33,085 bases of DNA from Bacteroidales bacterium (GTDB lineage Bacteria; Bacteroidota; Bacteroidia; Bacteroidales; CG2-30-32-10). Both the position numbers and the translations under genes were made by a program. Positions 32,699-33,085 of this stretch are shown here, piece by piece. The stretch is taken from NCBI GenBank assembly GCA_041658145.1, contig JBBAAT010000001.1, positions 1 to 33,085 on the forward strand, given 5' to 3'. The stretch's first letter is position 1; each line of letters starts with the position of its first letter. The notes beneath the pieces are model-generated. The model saw only the letters and a program-made list of their open reading frames with translations, did no database searches and was not told the DNA's origin.

Positions 32699-32807
32699 TT
32701 ATTAACCCACCGAAATACGAATTTCGTAGTTCGTAAGTTCGTATCTCTTTCGTACTTCGTTGGGATTAGTAAAGAATGTCAACTAATACCTGTTTGCAGT
32801 ATAGAGG

Positions 32808-33085
32808 TTAAAAATCAAGCCCCAGGGAAAAATAAAAAACATTGGGTAAAACAATACCGTCTTCAACACCCCAAGCCCAATCTGCCCTGATAAAATAACC
32901 CAGCAGCTTTGTACGAAGTCCAACCCCATAACCCTCTACAATAGGTTCTCTTTGTGTGTTGATGGTAACGGTTATGGGTCCCTGGTGAATTATCTGTGTG
33001 AACAATGCATTTTTGTCAGAATACGGATTGCTTCCGGTCCATGCAGTCCCGATATCCCCAAAACCCACAATCTGGAAGTTATTAA
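32808..33085 (-). CDS. outer-membrane beta-barrel protein, C-terminal fragment (Omp85/surface-antigen-like); partial, continues beyond the window
   Basis: The frame is open to the window edge. It shows an alternating hydrophobic beta-strand pattern (GVGLRTKLLGYFIRADWAWG) and a terminal aromatic residue (...FYFSLGLDF) typical of OMP barrels. Confidence 0.65.
   Translation of the reverse strand, partial: NNFQIVGFGDIGTAWTGSNPYSDKNALFTQIIHQGPITVTINTQREPIVEGYGVGLRTKLLGYFIRADWAWGVEDGIVLPNVFYFSLGLDF

Noticed and set aside
1-33085. tRNA, rRNA, tmRNA, riboswitch or prophage content
   Set aside because: I scanned the intergenic regions by eye and saw no cloverleaf-like GTTCGAATC T-arm motifs, rRNA-like segments or phage structural genes. 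The structured intergenic segments are all explained by repeat families. This is a by-eye negative, not a covariance-model search.

Overview
This 33-kb chromosomal window looks Bacteroidota-like by eye. Three ORFs carry T9SS-type sorting domains, TAnnTTTG -7 boxes are present, and there are no obvious Shine-Dalgarno sites. Spot counts of single 60-nt lines give 20-57% GC. I support 28 protein-coding ORFs (two of them tentative or partial) and one gene fragment. They include a signal-peptide-bearing TldD/PmbA-type metallopeptidase pair, a GatD-like asparaginase, an EEP-family hydrolase, and M16, M28 and two M20 peptidases. Also present are rsmI, tdk, a cyclophilin PPIase, pheS, the ygeW/ygeY pair, a FISUMP-domain protein, and a crotonase / 3-hydroxyacyl-CoA dehydrogenase / SCPx-type thiolase / NMO cluster. 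I saw no rRNA, tRNA, CRISPR array, integrase or DDE transposase. The accessory content has four parts. (i) A 2.2-kb AT-richer two-gene cassette (secreted unknown protein plus a T9SS papain-like cysteine peptidase) is bracketed by a 178-bp duplication of the gatD-like 5' end, and all coding differences between the copies are synonymous. (ii) An AT-rich REP-associated tyrosine transposase (RAYT, IS200-like Y1) gene is inserted inside the acyl-CoA cluster. (iii) An AT-rich overlapping restriction-modification pair (beta-class SPPY methyltransferase plus a 210-aa putative endonuclease) is flanked by a 13-bp imperfect direct repeat. (iv) At least eight families of palindromic or MITE-like repeats fill most of the larger intergenic gaps, including a 319-bp element with perfect 14-bp TIRs and a perfect 8-bp target-site duplication. 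All protein-family calls come from motif recognition by eye; no database search or folding computation was possible.
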